Shown here piece by piece: positions 17,750 through 27,020 of a DNA stretch of 64,000 nt. Every line of letters starts with the position of its first letter. The stretch's first letter is position 1. The notes under the pieces are model-generated. The model saw nothing but the letters and a program-made list of their open reading frames with translations. It was not told the DNA's origin and did not search any database. A program made the translations under genes and the position numbers. The stretch comes from Pseudomonadota bacterium (GTDB lineage Bacteria > Desulfobacterota > Desulfobacteria > Desulfobacterales > JBDRRP01). Location of the stretch: NCBI GenBank assembly GCA_043825735.1, contig JBDRRP010000087.1:1-64000 (forward strand). The letters run 5' to 3'.

Positions 17750-18552
17750 ATCCGGAAACCGCGGTCCGCGGCCGGTTCGATTTCCGCGTAGCCGCCCCGT
17801 CTTTTCTCATCCCCGCCGACTGGGCGACCAACGCTCGGGCTGTCGGACATCTGGTGGACGAAATCGAACTGCTCGTCCTCGAAAGCCGGGAAGAAAGTCT
17901 GCCCGCCCCGGAGGTCGTGGCCACCCTGGGCGAGATCGCCGAGGGCTGCGGCGTGACCTACAACATCCATCTACCGACAGATCTCGGCCCCGGTCATCCG
18001 GACCGCGGCATCAGGCAGCATGCGGTTCGTGCGCTGAACCGCGCTGTCGATCGGCTCGCGCCGCTGACGCCGACGACCTACACCCTGCACCTGCCCTTTG
18101 CGGCGCACGATCGGCAGCCGGCATCGGTGAGGGCCTGGCAGGGGCGTATCAATGATTTCCTGGGAGCGCTGCTGGATGCGTCAAAAGGGCACCTTGGTCC
18201 GCAGCTGCTGACCGTGGAAAATATCGACACCCCGCCGTCATGGGTGTGGGACGCGGTGTCGGGCCGTGGGGTGGGATATTGCTTCGACGTGGGACACGCC
18301 ATGGTGCGGGGGGAGGCTGTGGGGGAAATCTTTGACCGGTTCAAGGCGCGCATCCCGCTGCTTCATATTCATGGGGTGGCGCAAGAGCGGGACCACCAGG
18401 CGCTGACGGCGTGCGATCCACGCCGGCGGCGGCAACTGGTTGACGTGCTGTCCGGATTCGGCGGAACGGCGGTCATCGAGGTTTTCAACCGGGAGGCCTT
18501 CTGGGCGTCCGTCGACTGGCTGCAAAGCGCCTTCCCGCGGCTTTCTCGTTGA
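17746..18552 (+). CDS. cbiR: CbiR-like cobamide-remodelling phosphodiesterase (AP endonuclease 2 TIM barrel)
   Basis: F.FR....SF..P, DEIELL..ES, HLP.D, VEN, CFDVGH, HIHG..DH, IEVF metal ligands; last gene of the cob operon with ATGA overlap. Confidence 0.75.
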   Translation: MNPETAVRGRFDFRVAAPSFLIPADWATNARAVGHLVDEIELLVLESREESLPAPEVVATLGEIAEGCGVTYNIHLPTDLGPGHPDRGIRQHAVRALNRAVDRLAPLTPTTYTLHLPFAAHDRQPASVRAWQGRINDFLGALLDASKGHLGPQLLTVENIDTPPSWVWDAVSGRGVGYCFDVGHAMVRGEAVGEIFDRFKARIPLLHIHGVAQERDHQALTACDPRRRRQLVDVLSGFGGTAVIEVFNREAFWASVDWLQSAFPRLSR

Positions 18553-18593
18553 GGAGGCACCACGCAGCCGTGCACCATCTGTAAATCAGTCCC

Positions 18594-18797
18594 TCAGGCG
18601 AGGCCGCCCATAAAAACGCTGCGCCAAGGATTGATGCGAATCCAGCCACGGCGACGCTCCTTGAACGGCAATCTTCTTTCTTTTACCTGCCGTCGTCTTT
18701 CGACCCCACCACTGATAAAGTAGTCAAGATCATAGGACTGTCGTCGATCCTTCCCTGAGCGGCGATCATCGGGGATTCTCTCGGGTGTATGTTCCAT
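18594..18797 (-). CDS. Small Arg-rich protein with repeated (D/E)RR motifs
   Basis: DRRSGKDRR..ERR..ERR..ERRRGW.R..W pattern; sigma-54-like promoter upstream; alternative start 18809. Confidence 0.7.
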   Translation of the reverse strand: MEHTPERIPDDRRSGKDRRQSYDLDYFISGGVERRRQVKERRLPFKERRRGWIRINPWRSVFMGGLA

Positions 18798-18865
18798 TTC
18801 GCAATCCATTATCAGAAAGGGAGACCCAGGATTCAGGGTTTTCAATGTCAGTTAATGGAAAATTA

Positions 18866-18882
18866 TGCAAAAACAGAGCCAA
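18866..18882 (-). promoter_or_regulatory. Sigma-54 (-24/-12) promoter
   Basis: Minus strand TTGGCTCTGTTTTTGCA: GG-N10-GC with TGGC and TTGC; AT-rich region upstream. Confidence 0.65.
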
Positions 18883-19277
18883 GACATCTTGCCATATGAC
18901 ACGTCCTGGCTTAGTAAATTGATCATAACTCACTGGAAACAATGTAATAAAAAGCAAACAAATCCTACAGTAATGGATTAAATAAATTTCAATTTGTTGC
19001 CAAATATATGAAAAAATCCTTCGATCTACAAATCTTGAAGGTTATAAAGACTCAAAGATCACATTTTTTAAGGGTATTTCACAACACCAGCGCATGACTT
19101 TTTTAGGGAGTTTTTTACCTATTCTCGTTCGACAATTATTATGTTTTTATTGTCGGACGTGGTGTCTTCTTGTCGGGGCGAAGCTCGCAGAGCGGAGACT
19201 GATGCGGGAAAATCACTTTTGCATGGATTCATCAACTTTCCGAGGTCTGTTGTTGTGAATCCGAGGTCCCAAACTGA

Positions 19278-19306
19278 TTGCCCGTGGTAGGGAATTCTGG
19301 TATGTT
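19278..19306 (+). promoter_or_regulatory. Putative sigma-70 promoter
   Basis: TTGCCC-17 bp-TATGTT with extended -10 TG, ~130 nt upstream of the thioesterase. Confidence 0.45.
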
Positions 19307-19438
19307 GATGACCGCACCCCCCCCCACCATGCACTACCCCTGCCGTATCGACCGGCAACGGGTACGATACCAATAAGAAACATCGATCGCCGGCCAGAGG
19401 CCGGTTCTCACAATCCCCATGCCAAAAGGAGGCGGATC

Positions 19439-19822
19439 ATGGAAATTCACACGCACCAGCGCATCAGCCGCAGCCTGTGCGGGTCACCGGTAGCTGTTGG
19501 CGAGGGTTTCAGCCGGGTTGAGATGATCGCGCTGCCGGAAATGGTCGTGGACGATTCAGGCCTGGTCCACGGCGGATATGTCTTCGGTCTGGCCGACCAC
19601 GCGGCCATGATTGCCGTCAATCACCCCAACGTGGTTCTGGGTGGTGCTGAGTGCCGCTTTCTGAAACCGGTGCGCGTTGGGGAGTCCATGACGGCAGAAG
19701 CCGCCATGGAACCGTCCGAGGGGAAAAAACGGTTGGTGTCGGTAACGGTCTCCCGCGGTGACGAGCCGGTATTCACAGGCACGTTCACCTGTTTCGTGCT
19801 GGACAAGCATGTGCTGGGGTAG
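19439..19822 (+). CDS. PaaI-family hotdog thioesterase
   Basis: GLVHGG..FGLAD.AAM, FLKPVRVG; RBS aggagg. Confidence 0.9.
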   Translation: MEIHTHQRISRSLCGSPVAVGEGFSRVEMIALPEMVVDDSGLVHGGYVFGLADHAAMIAVNHPNVVLGGAECRFLKPVRVGESMTAEAAMEPSEGKKRLVSVTVSRGDEPVFTGTFTCFVLDKHVLG

Positions 19823-19838
19823 GTGATCGGTGAAAGAC

Positions 19839-19900
19839 CGACAAACTCGTAAAAGGCCTAACTCACCACAGAGGACGCAGAGAGCGCAGAGATAACTTTA
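19839..19900. repeat. Left half of shell + CGCAGAG-core element
   Basis: gacaaactcgtaaaagg..caccacagaggacgcagagagcgcagagataac, the core identical to 21011-21043. Confidence 0.8.
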
Positions 19901-19938
19901 CGGGAGTATCTACGAAAGTAAGGTTACCGGTAGTCGTC

Positions 19939-20154
19939 GGCGTCGCAGGCATCCTCATTTTCGGCCCCGCCAGCAAAAGGCGTCTTTAGTACGAGCGCCG
20001 GCGCAGGGATAAAGGATCTGACCGTCAGCAGCCGACGCGCATCGGCTTTAAAGCCGCCGTTTCTTTGCGCCGGGTCCGATCACAGTGCGGCGGCGCCCTG
20101 CTGACAGCGATCATTAGAAGAAGCCGGGGACGAAAAGAGGATACCTGCGACACC
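19939..20154. other. ~215-bp element bounded by ~30-bp inverted repeats, with internal hairpins
   Basis: ggcgtcgcaggcatcctcattttcggccccg pairs with cggggacgaaaagaggatacctgcgacacc; inner ccggcgcag..ttgcgccgg stem. Confidence 0.65.
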
Positions 20155-20186
20155 CAATCGTTCAAACATTTTGCAAGGAGCTGATC

Positions 20187-20843
20187 ATGGCTAAAACCGT
20201 AGGTGTAATGCTGTCCGGATGCGGTGTTTTCGACGGGGCTGAAATCCACGAGGCGGTGCTCACATTGCTGGCCATCGGCAGGGCCGGCGCCACGGCGCGC
20301 TGCATGGCCCCGGACGTGGACCAGTTGCATGTGATCAACCACATCACCCAGCAGGAAATGGCCGAAACCCGGAATGTGTTGGTGGAATCGGCACGCATTG
20401 CCCGTGGCGAGATCGTGGATGTCGCATCGGTGAGCGCCGGTGATCTGGATGCGCTCATCATCCCCGGCGGATTCGGCGCTGCCAAGAATCTCAGTGATTT
20501 TGCAGTGAAGGGACCGGATGCCACGGTCCTTCCGGCAGTGAAGAAGATCATTTCTGACATGCTCGACGCCGGAAAGCCCGTGGGGGCCATCTGCATCGCA
20601 CCGGCGACCCTGACCAAGGCTGTGGCTCACCGGAATCCACAGGTGACCATTGGCAGCGACGCCGGCACGGCGGCCGCCATCGAAACCATGGGTGGGCATC
20701 ATGTCTCCTGCACGGTGGACATGATCCACGTGGACGCGGCAAACCGCATCGTCACCACACCGGCCTATATGCTGGGGCCCGGCATCGTGGACGTGGCCGT
20801 GGGCATCGAGAAGCTCGTTGCGAAGGTGCTGGAGATGGCGTGA
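20187..20843 (+). CDS. elbB: ElbB/ES1 glyoxalase (DJ-1/PfpI superfamily)
   Basis: LSGCGVFDGAEIHE, RNVLVESARIARG, PGGFGAAKNLSDFA, CIAP, TTPAYM. Confidence 0.95.
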   Translation: MAKTVGVMLSGCGVFDGAEIHEAVLTLLAIGRAGATARCMAPDVDQLHVINHITQQEMAETRNVLVESARIARGEIVDVASVSAGDLDALIIPGGFGAAKNLSDFAVKGPDATVLPAVKKIISDMLDAGKPVGAICIAPATLTKAVAHRNPQVTIGSDAGTAAAIETMGGHHVSCTVDMIHVDAANRIVTTPAYMLGPGIVDVAVGIEKLVAKVLEMA

Positions 20844-20847
20844 AAGG

Positions 20848-20981
20848 TTGATAAATCTGTAATTAGTGGCAATTTCCCGCAAAGCTGCAAAGATCGCAAA
20901 GTTAACAAATTGCTATTAATAATGTTTTTCTTGGCGTGCTTGGCGTCTTTGCGAGGAAATTGCTTTTTGCGGAGCTGTCAA
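20848..20981. repeat. Shell + CGCAAAG-core palindromic element
   Basis: ttga..cccgcaaagctgcaaagatcgcaaag [AT-rich] cttggcgtgcttggcgtctttgcgag..gctttttgcggagctgtcaa. Confidence 0.8.
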
Positions 20982-20983
20982 GG

Positions 20984-21118
20984 TTGACAGTCACGTAAAA
21001 AGTCTGAAATCACCACAGAGGACGCAGAGAGCGCAGAGATAACTTAATAATTATTCAATATATTCTCTGCGGCCCTCTGCGGTCGCTGTGGTTCAAAATC
21101 TCTTTTTACGGTTATATC
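20984..21118. repeat. Shell + CGCAGAG-core palindromic element
   Basis: ttgacagtcacgtaaaaagtctgaaatcaccacagaggacgcagagagcgcagag .. ctctgcggccctctgcggtcgctgtggt..ctttttacgg; close reverse complement of 49579-49715. Confidence 0.88.
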
Positions 21119-21164
21119 CGACCATGGGACTTGGTTAAGCGACTATACAGGGGGGGGAGCGCAC

Positions 21165-23141
21165 ATGACAGCGGGAGTGGCCGGTAAGTACTGCATCATC
21201 GACCTGAGCAGCGGCAACATCGAAGAGGTGATGCCAGAGGACGCATTTTACCGAAAATATCTGACCGGATACGGCTTGGGCGCTGCTGTCATCATGCAGC
21301 GACAGGCGCCGGGCATCGATCCGCTGGCCCCCGAGAGCATGCTGGGATTCTGCTCGGGGCTGCTCACGGGAACCGGCGCCTATTTTTCCGGGCGCTTCAT
21401 GGTTGTGGGCAAATCACCCCTCACCGGTGGCTGGGGAGATGCCAACGCCGGTGGATTTTTTTCCCATGAAATCAAAAAGACCGGATACGATGCGCTGTTT
21501 TTTACCGGAGCTGCCCCCAAACCGGTGTGGGTGGCCGTCACCGACGCGGGGATCGAGATCAACGACGCCGACGAACTCTGGGGCATGGATATCCCGGAAA
21601 CCGAGGCCTGGATTCGCGAGCGCATGGGAGACCGCAAGGTGCAGGTGGCCAGTATCGGCCCTGCCGGTGAGAATCGATCCCTCATTTCGGGGATCGCCAC
21701 CGATTCGGCCCGCATTGCGGCCCGCTCCGGGCTGGGAGCGGTCATGGGCAGTAAAAACCTCAAGGCCCTTGCCATGCGGGGCTCCGGAAAAGTGACCGTG
21801 GCCCATCCCAACCGACTCAAGGCCATCAACAAGGCCTTTATCGCCGATTACCGAAAATCGAATCTCATGGACCGCATCACGGTGCGTATCCTGAACACGG
21901 TGGCTCAGCTCATTTCAAAGACCGGCATTGCCGTGCCGGCCCAGCGCTCTCTCATTCGCGAAATCATGCGCCAATACGGCACCGCTGGTCTCACCGCCTA
22001 TTCCGCCCTGGTGGGGGACATGCCCATCAAGAACTGGGGCGGTGTGGGCGGCCGGGATTTTCCCCTGGAAATGGCGGGCAAGGGCTCGGATCGCAATGTG
22101 CTCAAGTACCAGAAGCGCCGCTACGCCTGCCAGTCCTGTCCGCTGGGGTGTGGGGGAATCATCGATATCGAGAAAGGCCGCTTCAAGGGAGAACAGGGTC
22201 ACAAGCCCGAATACGAAACCATCGGCGCCTTCGGCGGGATGCTGCTTCAAGACGATTTTGACGCCATCGTGGAGCTCAACGAACTGTGCAACCGGGCCGG
22301 CATCGACTCCATCTCCACCGGAGCGGCCGTGGCTTTTGCCATCGAGTGCTTTGAAAACGGTCTCATCGATGCCGGCGACACCGGCGGGCTGCAGCTCGGC
22401 TGGGGCCGTACACCGGAAATCCTGCGCCTTACCGAGATGATCATCGCCCGTGAGGGCTTTGGCGACGTGCTGGCCGACGGTGTGAAGCGGGCCGCCGCGC
22501 GTATCGGAAAGGGCTCCGAGCGGTTTGCCATCCACGCCGGCGGTCAGGAGCTGCCCATGCACGACAGCCGCCTGGATCCCGGGTTTGCCATCGCCTACGA
22601 GTGCGAACCCACCCCGGGCCGTCACACCATCTCCTGCTACCTCTATGCCGGTCTTTACGGCGTCAAGAAAGCGTTTCCCCGGGCCAAGGCCATGATTAAA
22701 TCAGCCAAAGGCGGACAGGCTAAAAAAGTGCAGTCTTACGCGGCGGGCTCATTTTATATGCAGCTTCTAAACTGCTCGGGGATGTGTCTGTTCGGCGCCA
22801 TCACCAGCATTCTTCCCATGGTGGATTACCTCAACGCGGCGACCGGCTGGGAAATGACAGCCGATGAATACCTGGAGGCCGGCGAGCGGATCCTCAATTT
22901 GAGAAAGGCCTTCAATGTGCGTGAAGGCATCACTTCTCTTGACTTTCGCCTCAACGACCGCGCCGCCGGCGTGGAAACCCTGGACAGCGGCCCCACCAAA
23001 GGCGTGTCTCTCGATATGGCGGCGCTGCGCGGCACTTTCTACCAGGCGCTCGGATGGGATCTGGAAAAGGGGGGGCCGTCCGAGGAGACGCTATCGCGTT
23101 TGGGGATTGCCGCCGCAGATACCGCGGTGAATGGTGCATAA
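21165..23141 (+). CDS. aor: Aldehyde:ferredoxin oxidoreductase (tungstopterin AOR family)
   Basis: KSPLTGGWGDANAGG, SIGPAGEN, AARSGLGAVMGSKNLKA, CQSCPLGC, PEYET, CN..G.D.IS.G, PMHD.R. Confidence 0.92.
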   Translation: MTAGVAGKYCIIDLSSGNIEEVMPEDAFYRKYLTGYGLGAAVIMQRQAPGIDPLAPESMLGFCSGLLTGTGAYFSGRFMVVGKSPLTGGWGDANAGGFFSHEIKKTGYDALFFTGAAPKPVWVAVTDAGIEINDADELWGMDIPETEAWIRERMGDRKVQVASIGPAGENRSLISGIATDSARIAARSGLGAVMGSKNLKALAMRGSGKVTVAHPNRLKAINKAFIADYRKSNLMDRITVRILNTVAQLISKTGIAVPAQRSLIREIMRQYGTAGLTAYSALVGDMPIKNWGGVGGRDFPLEMAGKGSDRNVLKYQKRRYACQSCPLGCGGIIDIEKGRFKGEQGHKPEYETIGAFGGMLLQDDFDAIVELNELCNRAGIDSISTGAAVAFAIECFENGLIDAGDTGGLQLGWGRTPEILRLTEMIIAREGFGDVLADGVKRAAARIGKGSERFAIHAGGQELPMHDSRLDPGFAIAYECEPTPGRHTISCYLYAGLYGVKKAFPRAKAMIKSAKGGQAKKVQSYAAGSFYMQLLNCSGMCLFGAITSILPMVDYLNAATGWEMTADEYLEAGERILNLRKAFNVREGITSLDFRLNDRAAGVETLDSGPTKGVSLDMAALRGTFYQALGWDLEKGGPSEETLSRLGIAAADTAVNGA

Positions 23142-23249
23142 CCGGGAAAAACGATTTGGTCGATGACGCCGGGTTAATTGATGGTGCCGGTGGCTGCCTG
23201 GAAAGGTGTGCCGCCGGGCCGTTACCGCATCCGCAAGGGATGACACCAT

Positions 23250-26200
23250 ATGCCGCAGGAGCACCGCCCGAAGGGAATGACCCTGTATGCCGGCAACCGG
23301 TTGGAAGATCTGGCCGACATGCTGGCACAGGTTCTTGACCGCCAGCCGACCGATCCCATGGAACCCGAGACGGTGATCATTCAGAGCCGGGGCATGGAAC
23401 GATGGGTCTCCCTTGCCCTGGCAGATCGACTGGGCATCTGCGCCAACCTGCGGTTCCCATTTCCCAACGCCTTTCTGGATACGATCATGACGGCGGTGTT
23501 CACCGACATGGATGCTGCGGCGTTCATGGACCGCGACACCCTGACCTTTCGCATGATGGATCCCCTGGCGGATCCTGAACTGCGGGCAGCCGCTCCGGAG
23601 CTGGCTGTTTATCTGAGCGGAGACGGCGACGCTGTATTGAAAGCCTACCAATTCGCGCGGCACCTCTCAGACCGATTCGATCAGTATGCGGTTTTCCGTC
23701 CGGACATGGTTACCGGGTGGCTCTCCGGTGTTGCCGTTCACTGGCAGGCGCGCCTGTGGCGCCGCGTGTTTGCCGACGCATCTGCGGATCACCGGGCTGT
23801 GCGTCTCAGTCGCCTGGTCCGCACGCTGCAGGCAGTGGATTCTGAAACCGCCTCCGGCTTGCCGAAACGGGTGTGCCTGTTTGGGATCAGCACCCTGCCG
23901 CCGATTTATACGGAGGCCTTCCGGGCACTGGCCGTCGCCTCGGAAGTCAACCTGTTTCTCCTGAATCCCTGCCGGGAATACTGGGCTCACATCCGTCCCC
24001 AGCGACAGATCCAGCGCACCATCGCCACGGCCCGCACGATCGGAGAACCGGTGGCTCAATGGCTGCATCTGGAAACCGGTAACCGGCTTCTGGCATCCTG
24101 GGGGTACCTGGGCCAGGAATACTTCGAACGGCTGTGCGGCATGGACGAGGTGGCCATCGAAGATGTTTTCGTGCCCCCCGGCGAGGACACGCTGCTGCAC
24201 CGGCTCCAGACCGATATCCTGGAACTTCGGGAATCGGACGGTGCCGATACCGCGCTTGCCATCCCATCCGGCGATGAGAGCATTCAGGTGCACGCCTGCC
24301 ATAGCCCCATGCGTGAAGTGGAAGTGCTATACGATCATGTCCTTCATTTCCTCGATACCCGTCCTGATCTGACACCCGCGGACATCCTGGTCATGAGCCC
24401 GGACATCGACACCTACGGCCCTCTGGTGGAAGCCGTTTTCGGCGCCGGCGAAAAAACCGCGGTGCGCGTCCCGTTTCACACGGCAGACCGGGGCGGCGCT
24501 GCTGAGCGTCCGGCCATCCAGGCCTTTTTGTACCTGTTGTCTTTTCATCAGCGGCGCATCACGGTTTCGGAGGTGGAGGCTTTCATGGCCTATCCGTTTG
24601 TGCGCGCCGCCTGGGATATCACCGAGGCGGATGTGGATGCCTTCAGACAGTGGATCGAGGGCACCGCCATCCGCTGGGGCATCGACAGTAACCACCGCGC
24701 GCGACTGGGTCTGCCGCCGGTGGCGGCCAACACCTGGCGCGAAGGGATCCGGCGTCTGCTCATGGGATATGCCATGGGCGATCCGCCGGGCGATGCAGCC
24801 CGGGAACTGGTGGAAAATATTTTACCCTACACGCCCTTGGAAGGCTCTGATGCGCTGCGATTTGGCCGTGTCATTGATTTTCTGGAAGCCCTTTTCGAAG
24901 CAATCACCGCACTGGAGACACCGCGCCGTCTGAGCGGATGGGCGCGATTTCTATTGTCGCTGGTGGACCGTTTTTTTGCGGCCGAACAGGTAGCGCCGGC
25001 CGATCTGCAGTTTCTCACACGGCATATCCACCGGATGGCGGAATTGGAACAGGCGGCCGCATTCGGGCAACCGGTGAGTATCGCGGTGGCGGCTGCCTGG
25101 CTCAAAGACGTCTGCGACGCCGAGCGCAGCAGCGGCGGTTTTCTCACCGGCGGGCTCACCGTCTGCGCCATGCTGCCCATGCGCAGCATACCCGCCCGGA
25201 TCATCTGCCTTTTGGGGATGAACTACGAGGATTTTCCCCGGCGTGATCGGCAGTCGGGGATCGATCTCATGGCGCGCGATCCGCGCCCCGGGGACCGGTC
25301 CACCCGCAATGACGATCGGTATCTCTTTTTGGAAGCCATCGTGTCGGCCAGGGATGTGCTCACCATCAGCTACGTGGGCCAGAGCGCCACCGACAATACG
25401 ACGCTTCCCCCGTCTGTACTGGTGAGCGAGTTGGTGGACTACATGGAGACCCGGTTCGGTATCTGTGAAGAATCGCTCGTGCGTCGCCACCGGCTCCAGC
25501 CATTTTCCCAAGCCTATTTCACCGGCGACGGCGCGCTGTTCAGCTATTCGGCGGAAAACTGCATATCACCGGTCGTTGATGAGGTAGTGCCGCCGTTGTT
25601 TGAAGGCGCGCTGCCCGAGCCGCCGCCGGACACCGGGCGCGTTGAGGTGGCTGAGCTGTGCCGCTTTTTCAGGCACCCTCCACGGTATCTGGCCCATCGG
25701 CGGCTCGGCATCGTGATCCCGGCAATGGCAGAAACAGTGGAAGACCGGGAACCGTTTGCCCTCAGTGGCCGCGCGCGCTGGATCATGGGCAACGAACTGC
25801 TGCAGGCGCTGATTCACGACGAATCGGCAGCGGAGTGTCGCCGGGTGCACCTGGCTGCCGGTGTCCTTGCGCCCGGCGCTCCCGGGCAGTCCGCCTATGA
25901 CCGGCTGTGGCGGGACGTCCAGGTGCTCTACCGGCGCATCCGGGCCTGTTGCAGTGGCGTGCCCGGCATCACTTCGGTGGCGCTGCGCATCGACGGCATG
26001 GACATCGTCGGCACTCTCGACGGCGTAACCCCGGACGGACGTATCGAATACCGTTTCGGCAAACTGCGGCCCGCAGATCGGGTGGCGGGCTGGATCCGCC
26101 ATCTTCTCTGGTCAGCGGGTGACGGAAAAGAGCGCCCTGGCGAGAGCCGGATTATCGCAGAGGACACCATGGTGGCGTACCGGCCGGTGGCGGACCCCAT

Positions 26201-26492
26201 AGGCCTGTTGGCGCCGCTGGTATCGTTGTACCAAAAAGGTCTGCGAGAACCGCTCCCGTTTTTGCCGGATCCGAGTTATACTTACGCCGCCCGATGGAAA
26301 AAAAACGAAAGCGCCAGCCTGCTCGCCGAAATGATTGCAAAAGATCAGGAAGCGCTCACATTCGGGGCCGGCGGCGTCGCCGCCGATCCCTACGTGGCGT
26401 TGTGCTGGCGGCAAGGAACGTTTTTCGACGATGCATTCGGCAGGGTTTCCCTGGCGGTGTGCGAGCCCATGATCGGCAACCAGACGCCCTGA
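23250..26492 (+). CDS. recC: Exodeoxyribonuclease V gamma subunit
   Basis: NRLE.L, VIIQSRGMERW, FDQY..FRPD, NPCREYW, CHSPMREVEVL, PMRSIP, DRYLFLEA, PPSVLVSEL, HRLQPFS; start 23250 or 23277. Confidence 0.96.
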   Translation: MPQEHRPKGMTLYAGNRLEDLADMLAQVLDRQPTDPMEPETVIIQSRGMERWVSLALADRLGICANLRFPFPNAFLDTIMTAVFTDMDAAAFMDRDTLTFRMMDPLADPELRAAAPELAVYLSGDGDAVLKAYQFARHLSDRFDQYAVFRPDMVTGWLSGVAVHWQARLWRRVFADASADHRAVRLSRLVRTLQAVDSETASGLPKRVCLFGISTLPPIYTEAFRALAVASEVNLFLLNPCREYWAHIRPQRQIQRTIATARTIGEPVAQWLHLETGNRLLASWGYLGQEYFERLCGMDEVAIEDVFVPPGEDTLLHRLQTDILELRESDGADTALAIPSGDESIQVHACHSPMREVEVLYDHVLHFLDTRPDLTPADILVMSPDIDTYGPLVEAVFGAGEKTAVRVPFHTADRGGAAERPAIQAFLYLLSFHQRRITVSEVEAFMAYPFVRAAWDITEADVDAFRQWIEGTAIRWGIDSNHRARLGLPPVAANTWREGIRRLLMGYAMGDPPGDAARELVENILPYTPLEGSDALRFGRVIDFLEALFEAITALETPRRLSGWARFLLSLVDRFFAAEQVAPADLQFLTRHIHRMAELEQAAAFGQPVSIAVAAAWLKDVCDAERSSGGFLTGGLTVCAMLPMRSIPARIICLLGMNYEDFPRRDRQSGIDLMARDPRPGDRSTRNDDRYLFLEAIVSARDVLTISYVGQSATDNTTLPPSVLVSELVDYMETRFGICEESLVRRHRLQPFSQAYFTGDGALFSYSAENCISPVVDEVVPPLFEGALPEPPPDTGRVEVAELCRFFRHPPRYLAHRRLGIVIPAMAETVEDREPFALSGRARWIMGNELLQALIHDESAAECRRVHLAAGVLAPGAPGQSAYDRLWRDVQVLYRRIRACCSGVPGITSVALRIDGMDIVGTLDGVTPDGRIEYRFGKLRPADRVAGWIRHLLWSAGDGKERPGESRIIAEDTMVAYRPVADPIGLLAPLVSLYQKGLREPLPFLPDPSYTYAARWKKNESASLLAEMIAKDQEALTFGAGGVAADPYVALCWRQGTFFDDAFGRVSLAVCEPMIGNQTP

Positions 26493-26517
26493 GGCGTGCC
26501 ACGCGGGGTCAATGATT

Positions 26518-26577
26518 ACCACGAAGAACACGAAGGTCACGAAGAAAACCTTAGTGTGCTTCGTGAACTTCGTGGTT
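26518..26577. repeat. CACGAAG-core palindromic element (family F)
   Basis: accacgaagaacacgaaggtcacgaag..cttagtgtgcttcgtgaacttcgtggt. Confidence 0.82.
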
Positions 26578-26669
26578 CAATATCGCTTTACGAAAAGACA
26601 AACTGGAACTTTCTGCATCAGCGCATTAACGAATCAGTCACACAACCGATACCGGAGGGGGTTGCCAAC

Positions 26670-27020
26670 ATGAACTACGTACTTCAAAAAGCCGTATCCC
26701 TCGAACTTCAGCCCTACCGCAAAGACGGCAGTGCCAGAAACATCAGGAAAACACATCTGCCCTTTACAGGCACCCCCTACCAGGATACGACGCGGGCGGG
26801 TGTGGTGATTCTTGTGGCCGACCCCTTCAACGTCCACACCGTGTACTACGAATTCCAGGCCGCCGATATCGGATTGGCCGAGGAGTTGCCCAGTGTGGTG
26901 AACATGGACGAGGAAAATGTGAGAATGGCCCGACTCTGGATCCGAAAAGGGGCGGTGGCTGTGCGCTGTGACCCGTTCCGCGTATCGGAGCTGCCGACCA
27001 GACAAGGAGACCGAGGATGA
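26670..27020 (+). CDS. Conserved hypothetical protein (116 aa)
   Basis: RBS ggagg; ATGA overlap with argJ; H.PFTG.P, ILVADP, YYEF...DI..AEELP motifs; no catalytic motif recognised. Confidence 0.75.
   Translation: MNYVLQKAVSLELQPYRKDGSARNIRKTHLPFTGTPYQDTTRAGVVILVADPFNVHTVYYEFQAADIGLAEELPSVVNMDEENVRMARLWIRKGAVAVRCDPFRVSELPTRQGDRG

Noticed and set aside
19317..19325. Poly-C tract as a phase-variation switch
   Set aside because: Only 9 C, in a non-coding leader outside the promoter spacer; no evidence of variation
19839..21118. CRISPR array or integron attC array
   Set aside because: Repeats are dispersed palindromes without regular unique spacers; no cas or integron integrase; no consistent RYYYAAC/GTTRRRY ends
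26496..26669. His/Glu-rich N-terminus (HEEHEGHEE) suggesting metal binding
   Set aside because: Translation of the CACGAAG repeat; the real start is 26670 with a GGAGG RBS
26670..27020. Possible 'inorganic pyrophosphatase' label recalled for similar proteins
   Set aside because: Too short and lacks the family I DxDPxD or family II DHH motifs; left as hypothetical
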